From Candidatus Latescibacterota bacterium (GTDB taxonomy: Bacteria > Latescibacterota > CBDEFO01), in assembly GCA_965237525.1 (NCBI GenBank), contig CBDEFO010000007.1:544001-608000 (forward strand): DNA of 64,000 nt. Direction: 5' to 3'. Positions 30,126 through 41,039 of the stretch are shown here, in pieces; the stretch's first letter is position 1, and each line of letters begins with the position of its first letter. The notes under the pieces are model-generated. The model was not told the origin of the DNA. It searched no databases and worked only from the letters and a program-made list of their open reading frames with translations. The position numbers were made by a program, and so were the translations under genes.

Positions 30126-31982
30126 ATGAACGCTGAGCCAATCAAAGTCCTGTTAGTTGAAGACAACCCAGGAGACGTCCGTCTGCTTAAAGAGATTTTA
30201 GCAAAAGCGGACAAAGATCAGTTCGAGTTGACGCATGTCGAGCGCCTCAACGAGGCCCTGAAACGTCTTGTTGAAGAGAGCTTTGACGTGATCTTGCTGG
30301 ATATCTCGCTGCCGGACAGCCAGGGGTTTGACACGTTCGTCAGGTCGCAAGCGCAAGCGCCAAGCGTGCCGATCATATTGTTGACTGGCCTTGACGATGA
30401 AGTGTTAGCAGTCAAGGCAGTACGAGAGGGCGCGCAGGATTATCTAGTCAAGGGTCAGGTGGATAGCAACCTGCTGAGGCGCGCCATACACTATTCAATT
30501 GAGCGACATCAGATGCTGGCAAAATTACAGGCCCGCGAAGCGAACTTCCGCAACGTCATAACCACTAATATTGATGGCATGATCATCGTAGACAAGAATA
30601 GAGTTATGCGTTTCGTCAACCCAGCTGCGGAAGCCCTTTTAGGCCGCAAAGCAGAGGAACTTCTGGGTGAATTATTTGACTTTCCTGTGGTGACAAGTGA
30701 AACAATGGAAGTTGAAATTATCCGCAAGGGTGGAGAAAGAGTCACAGTAGAACTGGGCGTGGTGGAAACAGAGTGGGAAGGTGAAATTGGCTACCTTGCA
30801 TCTCTTCGAGATATTACCGAACGCAAACACCTTGAGGATCAGGTTCGCCAGTCGCAGAAGATAGAGGCCGTCGGCAGACTGGCAGGAGGAGTGGCACACG
30901 ACTTCAACAACCAGATGATGGTAATTCTGGGCACTGTCAACTTAGCGATACCAGAACTTTCCCCCGATCATCCAGTCCACAGCGACCTGCAAGAGATTCG
31001 AAATGCCGGTCAGCGTGCTATGGATCTGACCAGTCGACTGTTAGCTTTCTCCCGACGGCAGATCGTTGAACCCCAAGTCCTCAATCCCAACGACCTGTTG
31101 CTCAACATCGACAAGATGTTCCGCCGTCTCATCGGTGAAGACATAGAACTTGTGATACTGCCAGAGCCAAATCTGGGGATGACCAAGATGGATCCTGGTC
31201 AGTTAGAGCAGGTTCTTGTCAACCTCGTCGTCAATGCGCGCGATGCTATGCCCGATGGGGGTAAACTCATAATTGAGACTGCCAACATCACACTGGACCA
31301 CGAGTATGCGCGCCAAGACCCTGAGATAACCCCCGGTGAGTATGTGATGCTGGTCGTTCGCGACACCGGTTGTGGGATGACCAAGGAGGTCAAGGAACAT
31401 CTTTTTGAGCCATTTTTCACCACGAAGGAGCAGGACAAGGGTACAGGGTTGGGTCTGTCGACTTGCTACGGGATAGTCAAGCAGAGTGGAGGTCACATTT
31501 TGGTTTACAGCGATCCTGGGAGAGGCTCGACATTCAAGATTTATCTGCCTTGTGTTGAGGGTGCCGCAGATGCCCTGCCTCAGCGTGACGAAGAAGGTAA
31601 CCCGCCGCGGGGGACTGAGACGGTGCTTTTGGTGGAAGATGAGCCATTGGTGCTAAAGCTTGTGTCCCGTGTGTTGGGCAGGCAGGGCTACACCGTTTTA
31701 GAGACGGCTAATGGTGAACAAGCTCTGCGCGTGGCCCGGGCATACGGAGAGGAGCCGATCCATCTCCTTTTGACCGATGTTGTGATGCCCCAGATGGGGG
31801 GTAAAGAGGTGGCTGACTGGTTTCAGGCTGTGTCCCCCAAGACGAAAGTGCTGTTCATGTCGGGCTACACGGACGACGCTATAGTCCGCCAAGATGTATT
31901 AGACACAGATGTTGCATTCCTGCAAAAGCCTGTCATGCCGGAAGTATTGGCGCGCAAGGTACGAGAGGTGATGGATACATAG
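30126..31982 (+). CDS. Hybrid REC-PAS-histidine kinase-REC
   Basis: LAGGVAHDFNN, VNARDAM, FEPFFTTK, GTGLGL, two receiver domains. Confidence 0.92.
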   Translation: MNAEPIKVLLVEDNPGDVRLLKEILAKADKDQFELTHVERLNEALKRLVEESFDVILLDISLPDSQGFDTFVRSQAQAPSVPIILLTGLDDEVLAVKAVREGAQDYLVKGQVDSNLLRRAIHYSIERHQMLAKLQAREANFRNVITTNIDGMIIVDKNRVMRFVNPAAEALLGRKAEELLGELFDFPVVTSETMEVEIIRKGGERVTVELGVVETEWEGEIGYLASLRDITERKHLEDQVRQSQKIEAVGRLAGGVAHDFNNQMMVILGTVNLAIPELSPDHPVHSDLQEIRNAGQRAMDLTSRLLAFSRRQIVEPQVLNPNDLLLNIDKMFRRLIGEDIELVILPEPNLGMTKMDPGQLEQVLVNLVVNARDAMPDGGKLIIETANITLDHEYARQDPEITPGEYVMLVVRDTGCGMTKEVKEHLFEPFFTTKEQDKGTGLGLSTCYGIVKQSGGHILVYSDPGRGSTFKIYLPCVEGAADALPQRDEEGNPPRGTETVLLVEDEPLVLKLVSRVLGRQGYTVLETANGEQALRVARAYGEEPIHLLLTDVVMPQMGGKEVADWFQAVSPKTKVLFMSGYTDDAIVRQDVLDTDVAFLQKPVMPEVLARKVREVMDT

Positions 31983-32015
31983 CCGTGCTGGACACAGGGG
32001 AGTGGAGATCGACAC

Positions 32016-32654
32016 ATGAATACCAGGGAGAAGTTGCAAAGAATCATTGAGGAAACCATCCATGCCCTGGCATTGGTAGTCGAAATGAGAGACTCGTACA
32101 CAGCCGACCATCAGCAACAGGTGTCCGAGCTTTCCTGTGCCATAGCCGAAGATATGAGCCTTTCAAAAGAAAAAATTGATGGAATCCTCCTATCAGGGAC
32201 TGTCCATGACATCGGCAAGATGCATATACCGGCTGAAATCCTCACCAAACCCGGTCGGTTAACTGAAATCGAATTTAATCTGATTAAAACTCACTCCCAA
32301 GTCGGTTACAATATATTGAAGACGATGGAATTTTCATGGCCAATCGCCCAAATCGTACTTCAACATCACGAAACAATGGATGGTTCTGGATACCCTTCAG
32401 GTCTATCGGGCGAAGACATTCTCCTGGAGGCACGAATCTTACATGTGGCTGATGTCGTTGAGGCTATGTCCAGTCACCGGCCTTACCGACCGGCTCTCGG
32501 TATAGATAAGGCATTAGAGGAGATTTCACAAAAAAGGGGTATACTTTTTGACTTTGATGTGGTGGGTGCTTGTCTAAAGGTCTTTGAGAAAGGGTTTAAG
32601 TTTGAAGACTCCTATTTGAAAACTCCTAATAGTGTTGAACGGATGATGGAGTGA
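32016..32654 (+). CDS. HD-GYP phosphodiesterase domain protein
   Basis: HDIGK, HHETMDGSGYP, ADVVEAM, RPYR. Confidence 0.9.
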   Translation: MNTREKLQRIIEETIHALALVVEMRDSYTADHQQQVSELSCAIAEDMSLSKEKIDGILLSGTVHDIGKMHIPAEILTKPGRLTEIEFNLIKTHSQVGYNILKTMEFSWPIAQIVLQHHETMDGSGYPSGLSGEDILLEARILHVADVVEAMSSHRPYRPALGIDKALEEISQKRGILFDFDVVGACLKVFEKGFKFEDSYLKTPNSVERMME

Positions 32655-32659
32655 TGAAA

Positions 32660-32848
32660 GTGCATAATAATGTCTTCAGCCTTTTTTACTGCCAAGACCT
32701 AAGGCACCGGGCTGGGCCTTGCTGTCTGTCAAAAGATAATAGACAATCACAAGGGGAAGATAGACATCCCACAGTACAAAGGCGAGCAGGACGACCCTTA
32801 ACTATCTGCTTCCCAACAGTCACCCTCCCAATTCTGGGATCAACCTGA
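32660..32848 (+). pseudogene. Histidine kinase ATPase-domain C-terminal remnant
   Basis: Alternative frame FTAKT*GTGLGLAVCQKIIDNHKGKI. Confidence 0.65.
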
Positions 32849-32863
32849 AGGAAGTGATCAAAG

Positions 32864-33238
32864 GTGAAGACTATATTAGTGGTGGATGACAACTTAAACC
32901 AGATGCTCCTCTACGAGCAGGAACTCACAGATGATGGCTACAACGTGGTCCTCGCATCCGGCGGACAGGAGGCTCTCGATAAAGTCCAACAAAGCCGACC
33001 TGATCTTGTAGTCCTGGACATAGCTATGCCCGGAATGGATGGCATAGAGACGTTAGAGAGGATACTTGGGAGGGACAACAAAATGCCGGTCATACTTAAT
33101 ACAGCCTATGCCAACTACAAGGACAATTTCATGAGTTGGTCAGCCGATGCCTACGTCTTTAAATCCTCAGACCTGATTGAACTCAAGGAAGAGATCGAAA
33201 AATCGCTTGCAAAAGCGGAAAAAAGGAGGCGTAGATGA
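32864..33238 (+). CDS. Single-domain response regulator
   Basis: ILVVDD, LDIAMPGMDG, ILNTAY. Confidence 0.9.
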   Translation: MKTILVVDDNLNQMLLYEQELTDDGYNVVLASGGQEALDKVQQSRPDLVVLDIAMPGMDGIETLERILGRDNKMPVILNTAYANYKDNFMSWSADAYVFKSSDLIELKEEIEKSLAKAEKRRRR

Positions 33239-33335
33239 AAGGAGGGTGCACTATCCTTTTTGCTCTGTCAAGTTTAGATTATGCGCACCCTTCAGTTAAA
33301 TGTCCACATCCTTAACTATTGAGGAGGAAAGACCA

Positions 33336-34118
33336 ATGTCAAAAGAAGATCAACAGACCAAACTGACCAAGCTTCCAACGCTTCCTGAAGAGATGAGAAC
33401 GCTGCTGACCGAGGTAGTCGCGCATCTGAGGGAGAACGGCACCCAACTTTGCCAGACGTGGACAGAGCACATCATCCAAGAAAAGCTAATTGAGGAGGAA
33501 AGACCAATGTCAAAAGAAGATCAACAGACCAAACTGACCAAGCTTCCAACGCTTCCTGAAGAGATCGATCCGCTGCTGAGCGAGGTGGTCGAGCATCTGA
33601 GGGAGAACCGCATCCAACTTTGCCCGACGTGGGCAGAGCGCATCATCCAGGGGGGGTTGCTCACGGCGATGAGCGAAGAGGAGATTTTCGCTGAAACCAC
33701 CACCATCTATGACAACTATGTTAGAGTGCTCGAGACAGGCAGCACTGAGGCACTGCAAGTCTACGCCAGTGACCTGTTCGAGCGCGTCATCCCGCGCGGA
33801 GTGGAGATACACGAGGTCTTGGGCATCGTGCTGTTATTGCGCGATGTGCTTGCGCGCTCACTGTTACAAAAATATCGACAAGACTTCGAGCTGCTCGACA
33901 GGGTACTGGATGCCTACGAGCCTGCTGCCAACCGCATTGCCAGCACAGTGGGTGTAAGCATCGTGGAAGAGCTCGAGCGCGTCATCCGCCAGCAGAAGGA
34001 AGACCTCTGCGAACTCTCCACCCATATCCTTTTCGAGTACGGCAAAGATATAGATGGTGCACTGACGCTGGTTGAGCGCTGTCTCAGAAATGGGTCAACC
34101 CCCGATAGTATCAATTAG
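33336..34118 (+). pseudogene. RsbR-like stressosome protein with duplicated 5' 171 nt and no STAS domain
   Basis: RVIRQQKEDLCELST linker, then homology stops; 33318-33478 is repeated at 33489-33649. Confidence 0.65.
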
Positions 34119-34259
34119 TATCAATCGGGGATTGACCCATGCGCGAGTTAGCGGAACAATATACGTCAGTGTTGCAGGATTACCTGACCGATGCGGGAGA
34201 AAGTGCCTTGCGGCGCGTATGAACTCGGACGCAGAGCCATCAACGACGGACGGGGTGTG

Positions 34260-34470
34260 GATGTAGTAATATCTCAGATGACCGGTCGTGAGTTGGTCGA
34301 ACGCCTGGTGCCACTGCACGGAAGATGAAGGTGCTGTTCATATCTGGCTACCTGGACAACTCTATTGTCCACTGCGGCGTATTGGATGTGAGCGTGTCCT
34401 TTCTCCCCAAACCCTTCACGCCGGATGTTCTGGCGTACAAGGTACGGAAAATACTATATATTTGGAATTT
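34260..34470 (+). pseudogene. Receiver-domain C-terminal remnant
   Basis: [14 protein letters not shown]...[19 protein letters not shown], with a frameshift upstream. Confidence 0.65.
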
Positions 34471-34479
34471 AATTTTTAG

Positions 34480-35262
34480 ATGAAACGCATCCTGTTTGTA
34501 GCAACTCCAGTTATCGTATATATGCTGTCGTTTGGGGATACGACTCTCCTTTCGTCGGGAAGTACGACGGATGTTCCTCTGATAGATGGTCTTCATGAGT
34601 CCCCGCTTGAATCCATGACTCCCGACTCTCTATCGGATGCCCCTGGGACAGTCGATCTGGTGATCTCCCGATACGACTCCCTGATCAAGAAATATTCGGA
34701 TCAGCACGGTTTTGATTGGATGGTTATCGCCGCCTTAATCTGGCAAGAGTCGCGGTTTAATCCAAAAGCCACCAGCCGCTCCAGGGCCAAGGGACTGATG
34801 CAGATTATGCCGCAGACAGCCCAGGAGTTGAAATTAGTCAAGATATACGATCCTGAATCTAATATCTGTGCAGGTGTGAAATACTTTAAAAGGCAGTATG
34901 AACTCTTCTCGGAGGAGGAGGGAGTAGAGCTTATACGCTTTGCTCTGGCGAGCTATCACAGCGGATTTGGCCGTGTTGTGGACGCCCAAAAGATAGCCCG
35001 GAACATCGGTCTTCCCACGGACAGATGGGAATCTTTGAGAAAGACGCTCCCTATGCTCGAGGGGAAATATAGTCAACTTCATCAGCGCATCTGGGGCGAG
35101 TCCAGACCGAAGCACGGATTCTACCGGGGTGCCAGAAAGACTATCGCCTATGTCGAATCGGTCGAGCGAAAATATATGGAATATCAAAAGTTAGCCGGTC
35201 AGGATGTTCAGAATCAAGGATTAGTTGCAATGGACCGACCTTCAAAAGAGGATTTGTATTAA
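34480..35262 (+). CDS. Lytic transglycosylase (SLT/MltF-like)
   Basis: [24 protein letters not shown]. Confidence 0.88.
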   Translation: MKRILFVATPVIVYMLSFGDTTLLSSGSTTDVPLIDGLHESPLESMTPDSLSDAPGTVDLVISRYDSLIKKYSDQHGFDWMVIAALIWQESRFNPKATSRSRAKGLMQIMPQTAQELKLVKIYDPESNICAGVKYFKRQYELFSEEEGVELIRFALASYHSGFGRVVDAQKIARNIGLPTDRWESLRKTLPMLEGKYSQLHQRIWGESRPKHGFYRGARKTIAYVESVERKYMEYQKLAGQDVQNQGLVAMDRPSKEDLY

Positions 35263-35305
35263 GCTGTTGCTGTGAAAGTAAGTACAACATTTGCACATGT
35301 TCTAA

Positions 35306-36824
35306 AAGCCTTGTGAAATAGTTATGTCCCAGGCAGCGTCTGAAGCGCCGATTATGGGTCAAAGAGAAGCATATCGTATCGTTTTGCTGTGGAATAAGCA
35401 AAATAGTCTTATCAGAGTTCTGGTCAGCAAGGAATAGGAGCTGTTTGAAGAACAGGATGCACTGTCTTTGACAGACAGGGCACACATAGACGCTTTCCCC
35501 CTTCTTATGAAAGATACAAGCCTCTTGAGATTCTGTACTGTTGCAACAAGATTCAACTGTTCATTCAGTGAGGCTGGTCCTCTGTAACGGGCTCGTCCCA
35601 TACCGTGTTGTTGCCTGGCTTCAGCAAAGATATGTTCACTGCGTTTACGGAGTCTCCGGGAGAGTTTGTAGTCAGCTGTTAATGAGATAGACCGTGCATG
35701 ATTTCTGGCTTTCGCCTCTCGCACTTTTCTATCCCGTTCGGCCTGAATATGTGCTGAATTTGTCTTGTTTTTCCATGTAGGAATCGGTTCAATCCTCTCA
35801 TCGGCTCGCAGAGGAATATGGGGTATGATTCCCCGGTCAAGTACATCAGCGATAAAATTACCAGAACCGTAACCGGTATCGGCACTAAGTGTCTGAATGT
35901 CTTTGGGCATGGTGTATGTTTCAAGGTCATCTACCATCTTAAGGGCACTTTCGGGCTCTGCTGTCCCTGTCGCCTGCGTGCCCTGAGTCTCAAGGATTAC
36001 TCTGCTTTTTGTGTCGATCAGATCATGGCCCATAAACGAGAGAAAAGCCCCTTTGCCCTTCGATTTGCTGTATAAGCGCGCGTCGGGGTCTGTAGTCGAA
36101 CGGTGTGTTTGGTTCGTCCACTTTTCACCATAAAAGTCTTTATCCTGAGGATGCCCGGACCTACCCTTTGTCTTATCACCTTCAAAACCGATTCCCTTGA
36201 GATAATCATCAAGAGAAACAGGGGGTTCTATCGGCTCAATACTTTTCACTGAAGCATCAGCTTGTATCTGAGTGCCGTCGACACTAAGGTGTTTACCGCT
36301 CACAAGACCGACATCTATGCAACACTGGACTACCTGACGCATTATCCGTTCAAACAACCCACTGGATGCCCACTTGTGATTGCGAAGCTTGTTGATCGTG
36401 CTCCTATCCGGAACCGCATCATCAAATGTCTGATGACAAAACAACCGATATGCCGCATGCATCCCCACTTCCTGACAGAGCCGATTCTCACTCAAATTAT
36501 ACAGATAGCCAATAAGGATCATTCGAACAACTAATTCAGGATCAATACCGGGTCTGCCATTGTCAGGGCAATAACAATCTGATACAACGTCTCGTACAAA
36601 TGAAAAATCAACTGCCTCATCAATCTGACGAAGGATATGATCCTCGGGAACTAAATCCTCCATCTGAAAATAGTGAAACATCGGATTTGTCTGTTCCTGC
36701 TTTTGTGGGGTCATTGTTTCCTCCATGTATAATATTATCAATAACATAGTATAATACATCGGAGCTGCTTTATCAATGCTTGTTCTATACTACTTTCTGA
36801 ATCTAAGGGTTTTTCACAAGGCTT
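35306..36824 (-). mobile_element. Complete IS1182-family element
   Basis: Perfect 13-bp TIR AAGCCTTGTGAAA/TTTCACAAGGCTT; 4-bp direct repeat CTAA (35302-35305, 36825-36828). Confidence 0.9.
35359..36714 (-). CDS. IS1182 family transposase
   Basis: DLVPEDHILR, GRPGIDP, VDGTQI, STTDPDARL, ADTGY, SEHIFAE. Confidence 0.92.
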   Translation of the reverse strand: MTPQKQEQTNPMFHYFQMEDLVPEDHILRQIDEAVDFSFVRDVVSDCYCPDNGRPGIDPELVVRMILIGYLYNLSENRLCQEVGMHAAYRLFCHQTFDDAVPDRSTINKLRNHKWASSGLFERIMRQVVQCCIDVGLVSGKHLSVDGTQIQADASVKSIEPIEPPVSLDDYLKGIGFEGDKTKGRSGHPQDKDFYGEKWTNQTHRSTTDPDARLYSKSKGKGAFLSFMGHDLIDTKSRVILETQGTQATGTAEPESALKMVDDLETYTMPKDIQTLSADTGYGSGNFIADVLDRGIIPHIPLRADERIEPIPTWKNKTNSAHIQAERDRKVREAKARNHARSISLTADYKLSRRLRKRSEHIFAEARQQHGMGRARYRGPASLNEQLNLVATVQNLKRLVSFIRRGKASMCALSVKDSASCSSNSSYSLLTRTLIRLFCLFHSKTIRYASL

Positions 36825-37101
36825 CTAAAGATCGGTGTAAATTCCATATCCTTTTGATTATTCTGGATTTAAGTTTCTTTTTTACTACAATTTGAGCGGA
36901 GACGCCGATTTTACGTACATATAGTTGCACTTCTTGTGTGACTTGGTCGGAGAATGAGGACATGAACCTACTGCATCATATCTTCGATACCGATCTATCA
37001 GCTTTTCCCCAAAAAGTTCTTCGACCACTTCGTGGCTTGCTACCTCTCCAGCAAAGTGGCCACGCCACCTTTTTGGGGGGGCATCCACTTTGTGAAAAAG
37101 C

Positions 37102-37938
37102 ATGTATCAATCAATTCTGTTATTCTTCCTGACACTTGCTGCAGGATCGCTGTTAGATGTCAGCAACTCTCGGGTTATAGAGAAAGAGCCTTTCGTTCTT
37201 GCCGACTTTTCGAATGTCGGAGAACCCGGTCAGTTCCCATCTGGATGGGGCTCCAGGGGAGGAGATGGGATAGAGGTGTATCGCCTCGAATCTGAAGATG
37301 ACAATCTCTTTTTGAGAGCAGAATCCAAAGGAAAGTCTGTAACTGCCGGGGTCAAGTGCAGGGTCAGCCTGAGGATTTATCACATCTTGCAGTGGAAGTG
37401 GAGGGTCCACAAAGTCCCTCCGTCCGCTGACGAACGAGACAGGGGAAAAAATGACAACGCCGCTGCTGTCTATATTGTCTTTGAGGGGGGAATGATACCC
37501 AAGACTCTAAAATACGTATGGAGTTCTTCTCTCCCTGTCAGAACTACGCTGGAAAGTCCCCGAAGCAGCCGCACGAAGATTGTAGTCTTGGAAAGCGGAA
37601 CCCAAAAGACCGGAATCTGGATAGAGGAGACTATCAACGCATACCAGGACTATAAAAAGCTCTTTGGAAGTGAGCCTCGGATGGTGAAAGCAGTTGCCAT
37701 CCTCAGCGATTCTGACGATACCAAAGAGCCGGTGATGGCCGATTACGATGATATTGTCTTTTTCACTCCAGATAGAGTTAATTCCAAAAAGGTGAAAACT
37801 GTAAAGATAGACAATGTTGATGCGATGTATAAAGCAAATTACATCAAAGACAGCTTAGGGTTCCTGCAGTCTGTGCAGAAAGGGAGGACATCGGAGGCAC
37901 AACAGTGGATAACGGTGTGGCTTTTCCCCACGCCATAG
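37102..37938 (+). CDS. Secreted DUF3047-like protein
   Basis: Signal peptide, LQWKWRV, DNAAAVYIVF, LKYVWSS, DYKKLFG, SDSDDT. Confidence 0.75.
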   Translation: MYQSILLFFLTLAAGSLLDVSNSRVIEKEPFVLADFSNVGEPGQFPSGWGSRGGDGIEVYRLESEDDNLFLRAESKGKSVTAGVKCRVSLRIYHILQWKWRVHKVPPSADERDRGKNDNAAAVYIVFEGGMIPKTLKYVWSSSLPVRTTLESPRSSRTKIVVLESGTQKTGIWIEETINAYQDYKKLFGSEPRMVKAVAILSDSDDTKEPVMADYDDIVFFTPDRVNSKKVKTVKIDNVDAMYKANYIKDSLGFLQSVQKGRTSEAQQWITVWLFPTP

Positions 37939-38018
37939 ATACGACAACCAACGAACCGAAGCAAAGTTAGGTATTGACGTACAGATACCCCCTGACACAA
38001 AGTTCGGGAGATAGGAAA

Positions 38019-38411
38019 ATGAAAACGAAAAGACATATCCTGATAGTTGATGATGAGCAGGGTACATAAAAGACCTTAGGCGACATCTTGAAGGATCAAG
38101 GTTTTCAGGTCGTCCCAATTTCCTGTGGTCGTCAAGCTGTCCAAAGCGCCAGAAAGGTTCGCTTCGATTTGGCTCTTTTGGACATCAGGCTCCTAAAAAC
38201 AGATGGTGTCGAGATCTTTAAACATATTAAAAGTATCGACTCGGACATAAAAGTGATTATGATGATCGCATATTCTGACACAAGGCTAATCCGAAGAACT
38301 CTGGATTATGGGGCTTGCGCAGTAGTCCGAAAGCCATTGGCTCCCGAAAAGTTGGTAAATTTCATCTGCAAGGTATTATCTATTGAGTATGTCACGGATC
38401 CAAAAGCTTAA
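38019..38411 (+). pseudogene. Single-domain response regulator with in-frame TAA (38067)
   Basis: MKTKRHILIVDDEQGT*KTL...LLDIRL. Confidence 0.8.
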
Positions 38412-38800
38412 GCGCTGATATTACCTTTTAACATGACGAGTTCGTTTTTTTTGATAAGCCTCGAGTACAAAGGGATAGCAGAACTCTTCAATATGTCCAC
38501 AGAGAAGGTTGAAAACAGCTTCCTAGAGGGCAAGACAGGAAATAAAAGCCTTTCTTGCTAGCTGATTGGAAATTCCAGAAGCAGACTTACACCGGCATAT
38601 TTTGAAAATCCTTAGTGGCGATCCCTATCTCCCATCTTTCATAACGATTCTTGTCAATTCCAAGTTCAGTTACTCAATTCATTGAAAAGGATTGATAAGA
38701 TAAACAAGTTTATGAGGGAATCGAACGAGTTCTAAAGGAGGAAAATGATTTAGAGGATGAGACTGTTCACGATGTAAGTTTGTAGGAAGAGATAAAAGAA

Positions 38801-38953
38801 TAGCTCCATCTTAGAAACTCGCAGCTTGAAGGAGGAACTTAACCAACTTTCAGGCCGGTTATTCCTCCCAAGCTCCACCAAAAAAGATCTTGGTAGCCCT
38901 TTCTCTGTGCCCGAAGGCACATACGGGGCTTTGTGTTTCTGAAGATGGAGCTA
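38801..38953 (-). ncRNA. Candidate structured non-coding RNA (multi-hairpin junction)
   Basis: Terminal stem of ~18 bp, C(UUCG)G hairpin, G-U pairs favouring the minus strand, upstream promoter, downstream U-rich tract. Confidence 0.55.
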
Positions 38954-38958
38954 ACCCA

Positions 38959-38987
38959 AAAATAGTTATTCCTGACCGCCTTGTCAA
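38959..38987 (-). promoter_or_regulatory. Sigma-70-type promoter for the candidate ncRNA
   Basis: TTGACA-17 nt-TATTTT, ending 5 nt before the stem. Confidence 0.55.
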
Positions 38988-39088
38988 GCTAAAAAGAAGA
39001 GTCTGACGAGTTAGAAATAGAGGTTAAGGAACGAATGGCTTGAGCTTTTAAAGGTCAATGCAATTCTGGGGGAAGGACTTAAACAAAG

Positions 39089-39255
39089 TTGACCAAGTGG
39101 CAAAGAACCATTGAGGAAACCATCCATGCCCTGGCATTAGCAGTCGAAATGAGGGACCCGTACACAGCCGGCCATCAGCAACAGGTCTCCAAGCTTTCCT
39201 GTGCCATAGCTGAAGATATGGGCCTTTCAAAAGACATGACTGATGGAATCCTCCT
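39089..39255 (+). pseudogene. Partial duplicate of the HD-GYP gene, cut by a MITE
   Basis: Close copy of ~32035-32192 (IEETIHALAL.VEMRD.YTA.HQQQVS). Confidence 0.85.
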
Positions 39256-39486
39256 AAGTAGCTTAACAAAACTTATCGGATATAAGTAGACAGGGATATC
39301 CCTTGAGATTGCTTCGGGGCTTTGCCCCTCGCAATGACAGAAAGCCCGGACGAGCACGGCATTGCGAGCAACCCCCGATTGACTCTATCGGGGGTCGAGG
39401 GGAAGCAATCTCACTTAGGTTGCCTCTTCCTGTATATTGCCCACTATTTTGGAAATCTTGTCCAGACTATTTTGACCCGATACTTA
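39255..39486 (+). mobile_element. MITE family B, long copy
   Basis: Imperfect TIR TAAGTAGCTTAACAAAA / TTTTGACCCGATACTTA; carries the GAGATTGCTTC...GAAGCAATCTC palindrome and one 19-bp insert. Confidence 0.7.
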
Positions 39487-39558
39487 GTTTTCTTTTGTAT
39501 CTTCTCTTCTAAATATGATCTATAACCCCTAGTCAAACCATAAGAAAGCGAGGCGGAT

Positions 39559-39765
39559 ATGAACAAGTCAGATAAAATTGCTGCCTATAAAGAAGGCGGC
39601 TTTCCGAGTGACAAAAGGAGAGTGAGCAATGGGACTGGACTTCCAGAGCAATTAAGGGTCACTCAACTTCAGGAACAGTTCGTAAATCTCATTAATCAAA
39701 AGCCTGAGGAAGTCGTACAGCTTATAAGGACATGGCTGGCCGAGACAGATGAACTTGTTAAATAA
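39559..39765 (+). pseudogene. fliF: FliF C-terminal remnant
   Basis: KPEEVVQLIRTWL matches the FliG-binding tail of FliF; directly upstream of fliG. Confidence 0.6.
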
Positions 39766-39795
39766 GACAGAAAGGCTCAAGGAGGATTGATCTTT

Positions 39796-40832
39796 ATGAA
39801 CGATTCTAATCTTTTCTTAAAAGGACGCCTGAGCATCACAGAAATACAGAAAGCCGCTATACTAACGGTCGTTATGGGAGGAGATGTAGCCTCCCCATAT
39901 TCAAGAACCTCAGAGACGACAAAGTCGAGCAGCTCACGGTCGAAATTGCCCAGTTGGGGGATATCCCCGCTTCGATCACAGAGTCTGTGCTGGAAGAGTT
40001 CGCGCAAATGATCCAGGCAAAAGAATACATCTCCAAAGGAGGTATCGACTTCGCAAATGAAGTGCTTCAAGAGGCATTAGGATCCCAAAAGGCAGCTGAG
40101 ATTATGGAGGGCGTCCAGAGCGTCATAAAAGTCACCGGGTTTAGAAGACTAAGGGAGGTAGACCCTGAAGAAATTTTGGACTTTATACGGAAAGAACACC
40201 CCCAGACGGTAGCTCTTATATTAGCCAACTTAAGACCCGAACAATCTGCCGCTATATTGGCCAAACTCCCAGCTCAAAAGCAGCAAGACATAGCATATCG
40301 CATCGCCACTATTCAGAAGATCCCTCCTGAGGTGATAGAGGGGATCGAAGTGGCACTTGAGGCCCAATTTGAATCTACGATCAAAGGAGAACTCACCATA
40401 CCAGAGGGCGCGAAGATAATGGCAGAACTTCTGAACTCAGCCGACAGAGCTATAGAAAAAAGCGTCCTTGCCGAACTCGGAACTAAGGATCCAGAACTGG
40501 CTACGGAGATCAAGGAGCTTATGTTCGTCTTTGAAGACATAGTCACTCTGAGTGCCAAAGACCTTCAAAGAGTACTGTTGGAGGTGAAAACCGAAGACTT
40601 GGCCATAGCTTTGAAAGGCACAACCGACGATCTCAAATCTTCAGTTTTTGCAAACGTCTCCAAACGTTTGGCAGCTATCATACAGGAGGAGATGGACCTT
40701 TTGGGCCCAGTCAGATTACAATACGTGGAAGAAGCTCAAAAGAGGATAGTAGAAGCTGTGCTGGACCTTGAAGATAGAGAAGAGATAGCAAACATAGGGG
40801 ACAACAAAAAAGGAGGCATAATTGTTGAGTAA
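39796..40832 (+). pseudogene. fliG: Flagellar motor switch protein FliG, frameshifted near 39895
   Basis: QKAAIL in one frame; EHPQTVALIL, MFVFEDI, GPVRL in the other. Confidence 0.88.
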
Positions 40833-41039
40833 TACAGCAAGACTTAAGTGGTCGACGGTATAAGATTCAAGAGAAGGTATTTTGTGTATTCTTGTTTTTA
40901 AGACTCTATCCGGTCTATTGGTTATTAGGAATGATCGTAGGATTGGGTGCCAGTAATGTCAAGCGTCTATGTCATCCCCGATAGCTTCAATCGGGGGTAG
41001 GGCCTGTTTTACCATCCCTTGAGCGGAGGAAGAACTAGG

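Noticed and set aside
17277..32654. Many short antisense ORFs within the cus and kinase genes
   Set aside because: Shadow frames of well-supported genes on the opposite strand
8598..38069. Stop-codon reassignment or selenocysteine to explain in-frame stops (marC, REase, regulators, racemase)
   Set aside because: TGA, TAG and TAA all occur as interruptions, all three also end intact genes, frameshifts are equally common, and a paralog shows a direct CAA-to-TAA change; ordinary decay fits better
38801..38953. c-di-GMP-I riboswitch or 6S RNA identity for the structured element
   Set aside because: CAAAGCC...GGGCTACC is suggestive, but the GAAA-type hairpin is on the wrong side and no gene follows; the branched fold does not match the rod shape of 6S RNA
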